Position numbers and translations under genes: made by a program | Shown here: one piece after another, positions 33,407 to 43,169 of the stretch | How positions within the stretch are numbered: the stretch's first letter is position 1 | How the letters are laid out: every line of letters begins with the position of its first letter | The notes under the pieces: model-generated | What the model was told of the DNA's origin: nothing | Database searches by the model: none | What the model saw: only the letters and a program-made list of their open reading frames with translations | Assembly (NCBI GenBank): GCA_964353175.1 | Contig: CAYGUX010000007.1 | Coordinates: 12,088 to 76,087, forward strand | DNA: 64,000 bases | DNA from: an uncultured Bdellovibrionales bacterium | GTDB lineage: Bacteria > Bdellovibrionota_C > UBA2361 > SZUA-149 > DAOLCO01 | Reading direction: 5' to 3'

Positions 33407-35623
33407 TTAGCCGACTCTTTTACTTGGATTACTAACTTTGATACACTCCTTAAAACCAGAGGTGTCTTGCCTAACGAGAATAAGGCTAGATGGATAACTA
33501 CCACCTGATCTCTTAGCTCTAAAAGTAGGTCTATTTCCATTGGTATTACCCACAAACTTAAGCGTCTCGAGTACCGTATCTCCAGCTGAGCCACTTTCGA
33601 CCATAGTCGCTGAACCTATTTTACCTGATCTAGATGAGCCAAAAAGCACCACTAACTTGCCATCTCCTTCCGATATTGGTTTCCAAACAAATCCACTTTC
33701 TTGATTCTCGATATTAGATGTCCCATTGCAGGAAATTCTTTGTATCGCATTAGAATCAGTACTTATTGTGCTTTCAGAATTAGTAGTTGTACTTGAGCTA
33801 TTAGAACTCGGAGCGGAACTAATAACCGTCTCCACTAACGGAATATCTCCTGGGACACCAAAAGGCACGCTAATCGCTGGTAGTGGGGCATTCCTAATAA
33901 AGAAGTATCCTTGGCCTGAAATTATGCGCCAAACACCTAATGACTGCTTCAAAATCCCCCGTCTAAATCCAGAAAATGCAAGGTCTCCTTCTAGTCCCCA
34001 TTGAAAAGCAGGATTAACTTTAGATACCTCTCTCGAATAATAGTATTTAAATCCACTGATATCTCTCTCTACAACTGCTTCCACTATCCCATCGCCATTT
34101 AAATCGTATAGATGAGGAATGTCAGATTCTAAGCCATAAAGATAAGGCTCTAAAGCTAATCCATCAGCTGAACGTGACAACCAAAGCAAACCTTGTGGCA
34201 CTGCCCTGACTACAGTAGAATCAGCACGCCCATCTCCATCTACGTCCCCAATCAATATAGTATCATCAGCAAATCCCCAATGATAAGGTTCAATTGCGAT
34301 GTTCCCAGATGCTAAGGGTAACCAAAGTAATAAATTTACTCCGTTCTCGCTTGGTACTGAGCGGACTACAGATAAATCAGTCCGCTTATCCCCATCATAA
34401 TCAGCCGGTACTATCTTGTCTCCACTTAACCCATATTTCAACAAAGTGATCCTTGGAACTGGCGATTGAGCGCCAGACAAATGTAAATACCAACTTAATG
34501 ATCCTGCATCTGATCTAACGCTGCCGAAATCAGCTTTCAAGTCACCATCAAAGTCTGTATTTATATAAGATTCACCCGCAGGCAATATAGGATTTTTAAA
34601 AGTTGTGCTTAATGCACTAGAACGAAGACTAATAAACTCCGCGTTACTCGCTTCACCCCTTCTTCTAACTAGCACCAAGTCAGAAAGAAAGTCACCGTCT
34701 AGGTCACTTTGTATGGGTGCTATATCGCCTAAACCTAAACTTTCGCTAGAAGGTTTAGCGCCTAAACTCCCATAATTAACAGAGGAGGCACTTGCGCCAT
34801 CTTTTATGTACCACATGGCTTCCTTTGGCCGATATAGAATTGGTGTGTATTGGCTCCCGCTTAAAATGGGTGCGCCCATTGCAATATCTCCTGGAAGACC
34901 AAACTGGAAAGAACTAATGGTAGTATCAATTCCCCTAATAAACCATTCTCCAGTTTCAGGCCTAAACAGTCCAAATAAGGATCGACCTAGATCACTTTTA
35001 ACACCATGGATAGGTTGATCACCGAGTAAACCAAAGGAAATTTCTTCTATCTCTGCGGATGAAGTTCTATATATAAATTTCGAACCACCACTAGCCTTAT
35101 CACGTCGATAGACACCAATATTAACTGAACCATCACCATCGACGTCGATTGGATAAGGAATATCTCCGATTGAACCAAACTGGATGGTGTCTGTCACACC
35201 AGTTACTGTGCCGCTAGAGACATAGGCTATATACCAAGTTTGATTGGAAGGTCTGAAAACTGCATAATCAGAATATGAATTCCCGTCATAATCTCCAACG
35301 ACAGGAATATCACCACTTGCCCCCCAATTTTTAGAATTATTGCCTATAGATCGACAATGATGCCAAACTCCAAAGCTGCGATCAAATTCAGTTAAGGTAG
35401 TTTCAATAGTAGAAAAAAAATGGCCATTTTGGGGAACCGTAAACTTTCCACCACAATTTAAACTTTGAGTCCTACCAGCTCCATCTAAGTATGAGGACAC
35501 ACCATTAAGAGATAAAGAGAATCGACCAAGGGAACTAGGATCTAAAAAAGACTCCCCGTATAAATTTGAACATATAAACATGCTCAATAAAGTAAATACT
35601 TTGATCTTCATAAATATGCGCAT
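33407..35623 (-). CDS. Secreted FG-GAP/VCBS-like beta-propeller repeat protein with a distinct ~90-aa C-terminal domain
   Basis: Signal peptide. Several DxDGDxxxDxxVxRxSxxxWY repeats, paralogous to the C-terminus of the 6886..9687 subtilase. The C-terminal FVWKPISEGDGKLVVL block is shared with the 47632..48660 protein. Confidence 0.75.
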   Translation of the reverse strand: MRIFMKIKVFTLLSMFICSNLYGESFLDPSSLGRFSLSLNGVSSYLDGAGRTQSLNCGGKFTVPQNGHFFSTIETTLTEFDRSFGVWHHCRSIGNNSKNWGASGDIPVVGDYDGNSYSDYAVFRPSNQTWYIAYVSSGTVTGVTDTIQFGSIGDIPYPIDVDGDGSVNIGVYRRDKASGGSKFIYRTSSAEIEEISFGLLGDQPIHGVKSDLGRSLFGLFRPETGEWFIRGIDTTISSFQFGLPGDIAMGAPILSGSQYTPILYRPKEAMWYIKDGASASSVNYGSLGAKPSSESLGLGDIAPIQSDLDGDFLSDLVLVRRRGEASNAEFISLRSSALSTTFKNPILPAGESYINTDFDGDLKADFGSVRSDAGSLSWYLHLSGAQSPVPRITLLKYGLSGDKIVPADYDGDKRTDLSVVRSVPSENGVNLLLWLPLASGNIAIEPYHWGFADDTILIGDVDGDGRADSTVVRAVPQGLLWLSRSADGLALEPYLYGLESDIPHLYDLNGDGIVEAVVERDISGFKYYYSREVSKVNPAFQWGLEGDLAFSGFRRGILKQSLGVWRIISGQGYFFIRNAPLPAISVPFGVPGDIPLVETVISSAPSSNSSSTTTNSESTISTDSNAIQRISCNGTSNIENQESGFVWKPISEGDGKLVVLFGSSRSGKIGSATMVESGSAGDTVLETLKFVGNTNGNRPTFRAKRSGGSYPSSLILVRQDTSGFKECIKVSNPSKRVG

Positions 35624-35741
35624 TATAATATCGGCTCTTTAGGGATTGCTAAATTTAGTCGCATTTTGCCTTAATTAGCTTAGTTTTACTAGGACAAATG
35701 TTAGGTATAATTGCTACTTGCAGCACACGCTTTGACGCCCC

Positions 35742-35773
35742 AATCATGCCTATGATACCTAATAGGCATGATT
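35742..35773. repeat. Perfect 12-bp inverted repeat (aatcatgcctat / ataggcatgatt) with an 8-nt loop, followed by TTTTT; in the divergent region upstream of ispH
   Basis: Read directly from the sequence. Confidence 0.7.
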
Positions 35774-35819
35774 TTTAAGTATTTACTTAAATTCCACCAA
35801 TTTAAAGCTATAATTAATA

Positions 35820-37001
35820 ATGAAAAAAGCCTTCACCATACCAGACTTCTATAAGGGCAAATTAGTTAAACAACTAAAAGAAGAGAGGAAGGTTGAAGAT
35901 CCAAAAAAACGAGATCTTAGCCCTACGGTAATCGAATACACTGGAATAAAAATCCGCTTAGCCAGACATTTTGGATTTTGCTTCGGTGTGGAGAATGCGA
36001 TTTCCATCGCTTATAGAACCGTTGAAGAGAATCCAGGGAAAAGGATTTTCCTATTAAGTGAGATGATTCACAACCCTATTGTAAATGCTGATCTCCACAA
36101 CAGGGGTATCAATTTTTTAATGAAAACAGATGGTACGAGGCTGGTAGATTTTTCTACTTTAAATGAGCAAGACATAGTCATAGTTCCTGCTTTTGGTACA
36201 ACGCTTGAGATCATGAAAGAACTAGCAGATCTAGGTATAACCCTTGAGAAATTTAACGCGACTTGTCCTTTTGTTGAGAAGGTGTGGAAAAGAAGTGCAG
36301 ACCTTGGAAAATCTAGCCATACCATCATCATACATGGCAAAGCCCAGCATGAAGAAACCAGAGCCACATTTTCACACGCCAGAGCAGGGGCCCCTTCACT
36401 AATTGTAAAAGACATTAAAGAAGCCACAGAGGCCTGTAAGTTTATTTTAGGCGAACTGAATAAGGAACAGTTTCTAGATAAATTCTCTAATTGCATTAGT
36501 TCAAATTTTGATCCAGATAAGGACTTGTTACGAATAGGTGTAGTTAATCAGACGACTATGCTAGCCAGTGAAACCAGCGAGATAGCAACTTTATTTAAAG
36601 ATGCTATGATTAAAAAGTACGGGGAAGAGAAAATATCTGATCACTACGCCGATACTAGAGATACTCTTTGTTATGCAACGAATGAAAATCAAACGGCAGT
36701 TCTTAATCTAAGAGAACATAAAGCCGATCTTGCCCTAGTAGTCGGCGGATACAACAGTTCAAACACTAGCCACCTAGCAGAACTACTAGAAGAAAAAATG
36801 CCCACCTACTTTATAGAAGGTCCACAAGAGTTAGAAAGAGACACCGTGAGGCATTTTGATTTACACAAAAACGAAATAACAAAAAGCGCACAATGGCTTC
36901 CTAATAAATCAGAAATCACAATCAACATTACAGCCGGAGCAAGTTGCCCTGATACTGTGATAGATGCTGTAATTGAGAGGGTTGTAGAATTGAGATCCTA
37001 A
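35820..37001 (+). CDS. ispH: 4-hydroxy-3-methylbut-2-enyl diphosphate reductase IspH/LytB, long form with N- and C-terminal extensions
   Basis: The HFGFCFGVENAI motif and conserved Cys ligands are present. The 393-aa length suggests extra domains. Confidence 0.85.
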   Translation: MKKAFTIPDFYKGKLVKQLKEERKVEDPKKRDLSPTVIEYTGIKIRLARHFGFCFGVENAISIAYRTVEENPGKRIFLLSEMIHNPIVNADLHNRGINFLMKTDGTRLVDFSTLNEQDIVIVPAFGTTLEIMKELADLGITLEKFNATCPFVEKVWKRSADLGKSSHTIIIHGKAQHEETRATFSHARAGAPSLIVKDIKEATEACKFILGELNKEQFLDKFSNCISSNFDPDKDLLRIGVVNQTTMLASETSEIATLFKDAMIKKYGEEKISDHYADTRDTLCYATNENQTAVLNLREHKADLALVVGGYNSSNTSHLAELLEEKMPTYFIEGPQELERDTVRHFDLHKNEITKSAQWLPNKSEITINITAGASCPDTVIDAVIERVVELRS

Positions 37002-37080
37002 AGTTAGCATTTAATTATTGAGCTTTGAGACCCCAGAGCGCAAAACCTTAGTTCGGCTGGTCGCTTAAGTAACTTAAAAT

Positions 37081-37110
37081 AAAAAAAGGGCCACAAAGGG
37101 CCCTTTTTTT
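37081..37110. terminator. Bidirectional rho-independent terminator (A7-GGGCC-acaaag-GGCCC-T7) between convergent ispH and tsf
   Basis: GC stem flanked by an A-run on one side and a T-run on the other; read directly. Confidence 0.85.
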
Positions 37111-37128
37111 ATTAGGAAGATGAATGAA

Positions 37129-37782
37129 CTAGCTGTTCATTACCTGCTTAACTTCATCAGCAAAATCTACTGACTCCTTAACAATCCCATCTCCCAATTC
37201 AAATCTAGAAAATCTTCTAAGAGCAACTTTTTCACCCATCTTAGCTGTAAGATCAATTAAAAGCTGGCCAATTTTTTTCTTTCCGCTTGAATCTCTAACA
37301 TCAACTTGATCAAGTAAACAAACCTCTTCAAAGAACTTCTCAAGTTTTCCTGGAAGGATCTTATCCGCTATTTTTTCTTGTTCAGGTTTTAGCTGACCTT
37401 TGAATATTTCAGTTTCTCTAGCGATCTCTTCTGCTGGAACTTCTTCACGACTTACATACTTAGGTTTAGCCCAAGCGATGTGCATTGCTATATCTCTAGC
37501 TAGAGATTCAAATTCAGCATTTCTAGCTACGAAATCAGTTTCACAATTTAGCTCAACCAATACACCAATTCTGTTCCCTGGGTGCGAATAGCAAAGTACA
37601 GTGCCTTCAGCAGCTACCTTGCCAGCTCTCTTCTCAGCTGTCTTAAGCCCTTTCTTCCTTAAGGAATCCTGTGCTGCTTCAATATTTCCATTAGCTTCCG
37701 TTAAAGCTCTTTTACAATCCATCATACCTGCGCCAGTTCTATCTCTTAATGAACGCACAAGCTCTGCACTAATCTGTGACAT
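37129..37782 (-). CDS. tsf: Elongation factor Ts (short form)
   Basis: LR..TGAGMMDCKKAL N-terminal UBA-like motif. It lies downstream of rpsB in the conserved order. Confidence 0.9.
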   Translation of the reverse strand: MSQISAELVRSLRDRTGAGMMDCKRALTEANGNIEAAQDSLRKKGLKTAEKRAGKVAAEGTVLCYSHPGNRIGVLVELNCETDFVARNAEFESLARDIAMHIAWAKPKYVSREEVPAEEIARETEIFKGQLKPEQEKIADKILPGKLEKFFEEVCLLDQVDVRDSSGKKKIGQLLIDLTAKMGEKVALRRFSRFELGDGIVKESVDFADEVKQVMNS

Positions 37783-37821
37783 CTTTCAATCTCCTAACCT
37801 ATTCTTATATTGACAAATTTA

Positions 37822-38745
37822 CTAGACTGCCTCTGACTCAGAAACAGTTTCAGTCGCCTTTGCTTTAGCACCAGCAGGTTTTGCAGTTTCTGCAGGCTTG
37901 CCTAGTCTCTTAGTGTAAGTATCCTTACCTTCGAGTACAGCATCCGCTACAGCCTGACAAAAAAGTCTTACAGCCCTAGTACCATCATCATTTGATGGAA
38001 TTGGATATTCCACGTTACTTGGGTCACAATTAGTATCAACCAAAGCAACAACAGGTATATCAAGCTTCTGAGCTTCCTTAATGGCGATATCTTCCCTCTT
38101 AGTGTCGATAATAAACATCAAAGAAGGGCTACCGTACATATCTCTAATACCACCCAAAGAAAATTCTAATTTTTCTCTTTCACGAGACATCATTAAACGT
38201 TCTTTCTTTTTAAACTTAGTTGGTCTTCCAGTTCTAAGATTTTCCTCTTCTTCTTTTAAAATCTGTTCGACTTTGTTCATTCTTTCAATACTCTTACGAA
38301 TAGTTTGAAAGTTAGTCATCATTCCACCAAGCCATCTTTTAGCTACATAGTAAGCTCCACAACGTCTAGCTTCTTCGACGATTGCATCTTGAGCTTGCTT
38401 TTTGGTGCCAACGAACAAAACTGAACCGCCTCTTGCTGCCACATCAACGATTGCTTGACGAGCTTGCTCCCAACATTCAATAGTCTTTGGTAGATTTACT
38501 ACGTGAATGCCATTTCTTACACCATAGATATACTTAGCCATCGCTGGATTCCAGCGAGAAGTTTGGTGTCCAAAATGAACCCCTGCTTCAAGTAATGTTC
38601 TTAATGAAATTTCTACGGGATCTCTAGGCGTGATATCGCTATGCGCCGCCCCTGGCTTAGTTGCCACTTTAGTATCCGTTACAGCACTTATTCCACTTTT
38701 TTGCTCTGTTCTAACAGAGTCTGTTTGCTCTTGACTTGCTTCCAC
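37822..38745 (-). CDS. rpsB: 30S ribosomal protein S2, with ~40-aa N-terminal and ~30-aa C-terminal extensions
   Basis: Core LLEAGVHFGHQTSRWNP. The rpsB-tsf synteny is present. Confidence 0.95.
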   Translation of the reverse strand: MEASQEQTDSVRTEQKSGISAVTDTKVATKPGAAHSDITPRDPVEISLRTLLEAGVHFGHQTSRWNPAMAKYIYGVRNGIHVVNLPKTIECWEQARQAIVDVAARGGSVLFVGTKKQAQDAIVEEARRCGAYYVAKRWLGGMMTNFQTIRKSIERMNKVEQILKEEEENLRTGRPTKFKKKERLMMSREREKLEFSLGGIRDMYGSPSLMFIIDTKREDIAIKEAQKLDIPVVALVDTNCDPSNVEYPIPSNDDGTRAVRLFCQAVADAVLEGKDTYTKRLGKPAETAKPAGAKAKATETVSESEAV

Positions 38746-39254
38746 CTTAAATTCTCCTAAAAAATACAGTATCTTGGTTGTTTCTAGGCCTTTGGATATT
38801 TAAGAAATTAATCTTAAACATAGTAAGTAAAGATTCTAACAGATATTAATACCTATTATACTAATTTACGCACCAAGATGAGCCAAAGACCACGATTATT
38901 TGGCGAGTTCCTAACATAACTAATCACCTAATTCAAGCGGAACCGCCTCCATATATCTAAAATCATATTGAAGTTATGTAGCCCCCGATTATATCAGAAG
39001 CGTAGACATAAGCGAAATTTAAGATAGCGTGTAATTATAGCCTGTTAGATCTCCCCGAAAGACCCAGTTACTAGAGTAAATCGGTATGTTTCTAAAACTA
39101 CATTAGCATATACGCTCCATTCTTTAAAAAAAAACGATGATAGTACTATGTCTGTTTTGAATGTCACACCTTCTATTAGGTTTAATTATACACAAAGCTA
39201 TTAATAGAAATAAGAGTAGACACTAATCATATACAATTTAAAGGTATATTAGTT

Positions 39255-39878
39255 ATGAATTCAGTTTTAGAGCCCAAAATTTACGGAAAGAAAATAATTG
39301 ATCAAATTATCTTCAGTTATCAATTAATTGACAGCGCGAAAGAAGAAGCAACAACCATTTTATCTGAGGCTAAACTCAGGGCAGAGAAAATAGTGCAATC
39401 AGGATTCCAAAGCGGACTGTTAAGTGGTTGTCAGGTAGTTTATCAAAAACTTTGTAATTCAAGCAATCTCTATGAAGATAATGCTATTAAACTAGAAACT
39501 ACAATTTTTAGAATTTGCAATAAGATACTCACAGAAATACTTGTAGATGAAAGCCTAAAATCTAGTCTAAGCCTTCTACAAGAAAGAATAAAAATTGAGA
39601 TTATTGCCCTAACTAATCAACTTGATTCCAAGGATACTAAAATAATACTAGAAGTTTGTGCTTTTACCTCTAAGGAAGAGATCGAATCTATCGAACAAGA
39701 GATTAAACATATTACAGTCAAGATAAATTCAGAACTAAAACCAGGTACATTTAAACTAATAACTAAGTATGGAGAAATCGAATCCAATCCATTAATATAT
39801 GTAACAGATCTACTAGTACATTTGAAAACTAAAGGTATCTTAAAAGATCTATCAGAAGAGATTCTCATCAATGGATAA
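39255..39878 (+). CDS. FliH/YscL-like ATPase-regulator protein (putative)
   Basis: The ~200-aa helical protein overlaps the downstream FliI-like ATPase by 8 bp. The EEA..IL.EA...AE.I...G.Q.G region resembles the FliH N-terminal region. The similarity is weak, so the call is based mainly on context. Confidence 0.45.
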   Translation: MNSVLEPKIYGKKIIDQIIFSYQLIDSAKEEATTILSEAKLRAEKIVQSGFQSGLLSGCQVVYQKLCNSSNLYEDNAIKLETTIFRICNKILTEILVDESLKSSLSLLQERIKIEIIALTNQLDSKDTKIILEVCAFTSKEEIESIEQEIKHITVKINSELKPGTFKLITKYGEIESNPLIYVTDLLVHLKTKGILKDLSEEILING

Positions 39879-41187
39879 CCTAAGTCTCAGTATCAAAGAC
39901 TATAAAAAGAATAAGGTTATTGGCAAGGTAACTTCTTCATCAGGAGCCATCATTACAGCAGAATTGCCTACGGTAGGCATAGGAGATATCGTCACAATTG
40001 AATTACCTACAGGCCCGGTAAAAGCAGAGGTATTAAGTTTTAAAGATTATAAGGTCAATCTAGCTCCCTATTCACTAATAAGGGGTCTGGTACCTGGAGC
40101 TAAAGTTACTAGTAATTCATTTACAGAAGACATTTTCTTAAGAAATAATATCGTTGGAAGCCTCACTGATGCAAGTGGCAATGTTATCATCCCCGCCCGA
40201 GCAACTTCTAGTATAGATCTCGTTGGAAGTTATCCAATTAACATAAATAAATCTCATCTCATTCATACTGAAACAATTCAGGAACCCTTGTGGACTGGAA
40301 TTCCGAGTATTGATACTTTTACTACGATAGGTAAGGGGCAAAAACTTATGCTTCTAGCTGAACCAGGTTTAGGAAAGTCGTCTCTACTCACTTCTCTCTG
40401 TAAACATATACAAGTTGACTTAATTGTCATAGCACTTATCGGCGAACGCACTAGAGAGGTCATTGAGTTCCATCAAAATTTAATTAAAAATGACGGTGAC
40501 AAAAGAACTATTGTAGTAAGTGCGACAAGTGACTCATCTCCTTTAGTAAAGAAACAAGCAGCCTTAACTTCAATTCGCATCGCTGAAATTGCTAAAGAAA
40601 AAGGCTTAGATGTTTTTCTCGGCTTTGACTCACTTACTAGATATATTCGATCTATAAGAGACATAGGACTAGCCGCCGAACAGCTACCAATTCGAAGAGG
40701 CTATCCTGCTAGTGTGTTTGAAGAGATGCCGAGATACATTGAGCGAGCTGGGAATTTCAAGACTGGATCAATCACAGCCCTTTATACGATGTTGAGCGCC
40801 GGCGATCTAGATGAAGACCCACTAATAGAGGAAATAAAAGGGCTCACAGATGGTCATATTATCCTAAGTAAGAATCTAGCAGAACAGGGCATTTTCCCCG
40901 CTATCGATATAGTTAAATCATTATCTAGAGTAGCAGATCGCTTTTTTACTATCGAAGACCAACAGATAATACGAGCAATTAAAAACAAGTATAAGAGCCT
41001 AAATGAGAATAAACAACTTTTAATATTAGGAGGGGCTGAAAAAAAAGTAGAAGATAATAAAATATTATTAGAGAAGTTCTACAACATCCTACAAGATCGA
41101 CTTGTTAATATTAAGGAGGTCTCCATGCGGACTAAACTCCTACAGGAGCTACTCTCCTGCTTAAATGACCCAAATATAAGAGCCTAA
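39871..41187 (+). CDS. Flagellar/type III secretion-type ATPase (FliI/YscN/InvC family, F1-ATPase alpha/beta-like)
   Basis: Walker A (AEPGLGKSSLL). Signature blocks LIGERTREV, SLTRY, GYPASVF, ITALYTMLSAGDLDEDP, DGHIILSKNLAEQGIFPAIDI and SLSR closely match FliI/YscN as recalled. Confidence 0.85.
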   Translation: MDNLSLSIKDYKKNKVIGKVTSSSGAIITAELPTVGIGDIVTIELPTGPVKAEVLSFKDYKVNLAPYSLIRGLVPGAKVTSNSFTEDIFLRNNIVGSLTDASGNVIIPARATSSIDLVGSYPININKSHLIHTETIQEPLWTGIPSIDTFTTIGKGQKLMLLAEPGLGKSSLLTSLCKHIQVDLIVIALIGERTREVIEFHQNLIKNDGDKRTIVVSATSDSSPLVKKQAALTSIRIAEIAKEKGLDVFLGFDSLTRYIRSIRDIGLAAEQLPIRRGYPASVFEEMPRYIERAGNFKTGSITALYTMLSAGDLDEDPLIEEIKGLTDGHIILSKNLAEQGIFPAIDIVKSLSRVADRFFTIEDQQIIRAIKNKYKSLNENKQLLILGGAEKKVEDNKILLEKFYNILQDRLVNIKEVSMRTKLLQELLSCLNDPNIRA

Positions 41188-41293
41188 TTTTACTGAGAAA
41201 ACTTAGTATAGCCCTGAAGTATTAAGAACTTCTCCTATTCGGTCGATTTTAGACTAAGAAAATTTCCTAACTCAAATTAGAGGCAACATAATA

Positions 41294-41839
41294 ATGAATA
41301 AAGTCTGCTGTAAAGGCTTTACCTTAATAGAAATAATGGTAGCAATTGCAATTTTCGCAATTGTAATTACCACTGCAACAAGCTCAATCAATAGTTACCA
41401 AAAATTAAATCATGGTGGCGAAATTAGGTCAGAAGCAAGTCAAGCAGCACAATCAATAATAGATCAGATTCGAGGTATTGATGTTAAGTCTTTGCCAACA
41501 AGCGGAGACGGTACACCAGTGGAAATCACAATGAATTCGAATAGAATGTACTCTGTAGAAACTATATATTGTACTAACTCAAGTATTTGCAACTCACCAA
41601 GCGTGCGGCAAATAGCGGTTGAAGTATATCATAGAGATGCCCTTGCTTATACCACAGAAGTAATTTTTACGGATTTTGGAGCCGCTCCAGGAAGCAATTA
41701 CTCTGCGACACCAACACCTGTGTTTACACCGACACCAGCTCCCTCAACCAGCGTGACTCCTACAGCAACTACATCCTATACACCAACACCTACGCCTACA
41801 CCCAAAAAAAAGAAAAAATGTAAAACGTGGAAATGCTAA
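41294..41839 (+). CDS. Type IV pilus minor pilin, PilV-like, with a Thr/Pro-rich C-terminal tail ending KKKKKCKTWKC
   Basis: Class III (prepilin) signal KGFTLIEIMVAIAIF with Glu at position +5 of the mature protein (E+5). The following SQAAQSIIDQIR region resembles PilV. Confidence 0.75.
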   Translation: MNKVCCKGFTLIEIMVAIAIFAIVITTATSSINSYQKLNHGGEIRSEASQAAQSIIDQIRGIDVKSLPTSGDGTPVEITMNSNRMYSVETIYCTNSSICNSPSVRQIAVEVYHRDALAYTTEVIFTDFGAAPGSNYSATPTPVFTPTPAPSTSVTPTATTSYTPTPTPTPKKKKKCKTWKC

Positions 41840-41840
41840 G

Positions 41841-42281
41841 ATGATAAATTCTAAACAAGCAGGTTTTAGCATTTTAGAACTACTAGCAGTACTTGTCATA
41901 ATGGGAATATTGTCCGCTAGTGCGATGAGCAATTTAAAAGAAATTAATAGGCCATTAACAAATGCTTCATTTGAAATTACTCATTTTTTACGCCTTGCAC
42001 GAGCTAGAGGAATCTCGCAGACTAGTTTTATAAAAGTAGCACCTGCCTCCGCCTTTAAAATCTCTACCCACTCAGGCGACTCTTGCGCAACTGCTACAAG
42101 CGCAATAAATGATTTATCACTTAATCTTCCAGATAATACAAATCTTCTCGCAACAGATTGGGAGATATGTTTTACACCAAGGGGACTAGCACCTAACTCT
42201 ACCGCATTCACCATTAGAGATGAACATGCATCCACACGAACAGTAGAGATTGCCTTAGGCGGTGGAGTTAGAATGCAATGA
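41841..42281 (+). CDS. Type IV pilus / T2SS minor (pseudo)pilin, FimT/GspH-like
   Basis: Prepilin signal AGFSILELLAVLVIMGILSA. The length and the ARARGISQ region resemble the GspH/FimT family. Confidence 0.7.
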   Translation: MINSKQAGFSILELLAVLVIMGILSASAMSNLKEINRPLTNASFEITHFLRLARARGISQTSFIKVAPASAFKISTHSGDSCATATSAINDLSLNLPDNTNLLATDWEICFTPRGLAPNSTAFTIRDEHASTRTVEIALGGGVRMQ

Positions 42282-43165
42282 CTGAAAACAACCCACTTAA
42301 TCGTCGTGGTTTTACTTTAATTGAGTTAATGGTCTCAATCTTACTACTTAGTTTAACTTTAATGATGCTGGTAGGATACGTTGTTGGTTTACAGAATGCA
42401 TTCTTTAACGACGTTGTAAGAACTAGAATTAATAGTAATCTACGCACTGCCTTGGATATTTTAGCAATGAATATTCGGCAGTCAGGTGAGAACCTAGGAG
42501 GTGCTTTTCCGGCAATGGTATTAGAGGACGATGGCGATGGAACGGGCAAACATATAGTTCTAAGACGAAATCTAATTTCTGAAGTTTTAACCATTTGTGA
42601 ATCCCTGAGTTCAGGAGACTCTACCGTACTTATCTCAACGACCAGCAATCCTACTCCAGCTTGCGTATTTTCAAATGTCAATAATATGTACAATACTTTT
42701 AGATCAGAGAGGACAAAGGAAGGCGGTGAAATAAGGTTATTCCTATATAACTCTACCGCAAAGTCTGGCGAATACGTTGATTATACCAACGAAGGGACTA
42801 CTTCAGGCAAATACAGCCTAAACATATCTTCTCCAACAGCTAACTACCCTGCAAATACTTCGTACATTTACTATATAGAAGAATATGACTTCTCACTAGA
42901 GGAGGCTACTAGCACACTTAATCTTACTCGGGATGGGGAAGATGATCTTACTGAACCTGTTGCATTTTCCATAACTGCGTTTGACATCGAATTACATATG
43001 AAAGATGGATCTATTCTAAATACTCTTCTGCCAAACACTGGCCCAACATGGAAGGATTTACAATATATCGCTATAGAATTAGAAGGGAGCGAAAATAGAA
43101 AGTCACAAGTATATTCAACTTCTGTGAGCGGAAATTACTATCCAAGAAATATTTTGTCTCGGTAA
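42278..43165 (+). CDS. Type IV pilus assembly minor pilin, PilW-like
   Basis: Prepilin signal RRGFTLIELMVSILLL. The downstream LRTALDILAMNIRQSGEN region matches the PilW pattern. It overlaps the previous gene by 4 bp. Confidence 0.7.
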   Translation: MTENNPLNRRGFTLIELMVSILLLSLTLMMLVGYVVGLQNAFFNDVVRTRINSNLRTALDILAMNIRQSGENLGGAFPAMVLEDDGDGTGKHIVLRRNLISEVLTICESLSSGDSTVLISTTSNPTPACVFSNVNNMYNTFRSERTKEGGEIRLFLYNSTAKSGEYVDYTNEGTTSGKYSLNISSPTANYPANTSYIYYIEEYDFSLEEATSTLNLTRDGEDDLTEPVAFSITAFDIELHMKDGSILNTLLPNTGPTWKDLQYIAIELEGSENRKSQVYSTSVSGNYYPRNILSR

Positions 43166-43169
43166 TCAT

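Noticed and set aside
33391-33594. 67-aa ORF overlapping the uvrC/FG-GAP junction
   Set aside because: It lies entirely within the 3' end of the FG-GAP gene in another frame and has no features. It is most likely spurious.
38860-38960. Possible sigma-54 (TGGCGAG...) or sigma-28-like (CCCGATTA) promoter motifs in the rpsB/FliH-like intergenic region
   Set aside because: The spacing and the conserved GC dinucleotide at the -12 position, or GCCGATAA for the sigma-28-like match, do not match consensus. These are treated as chance matches.
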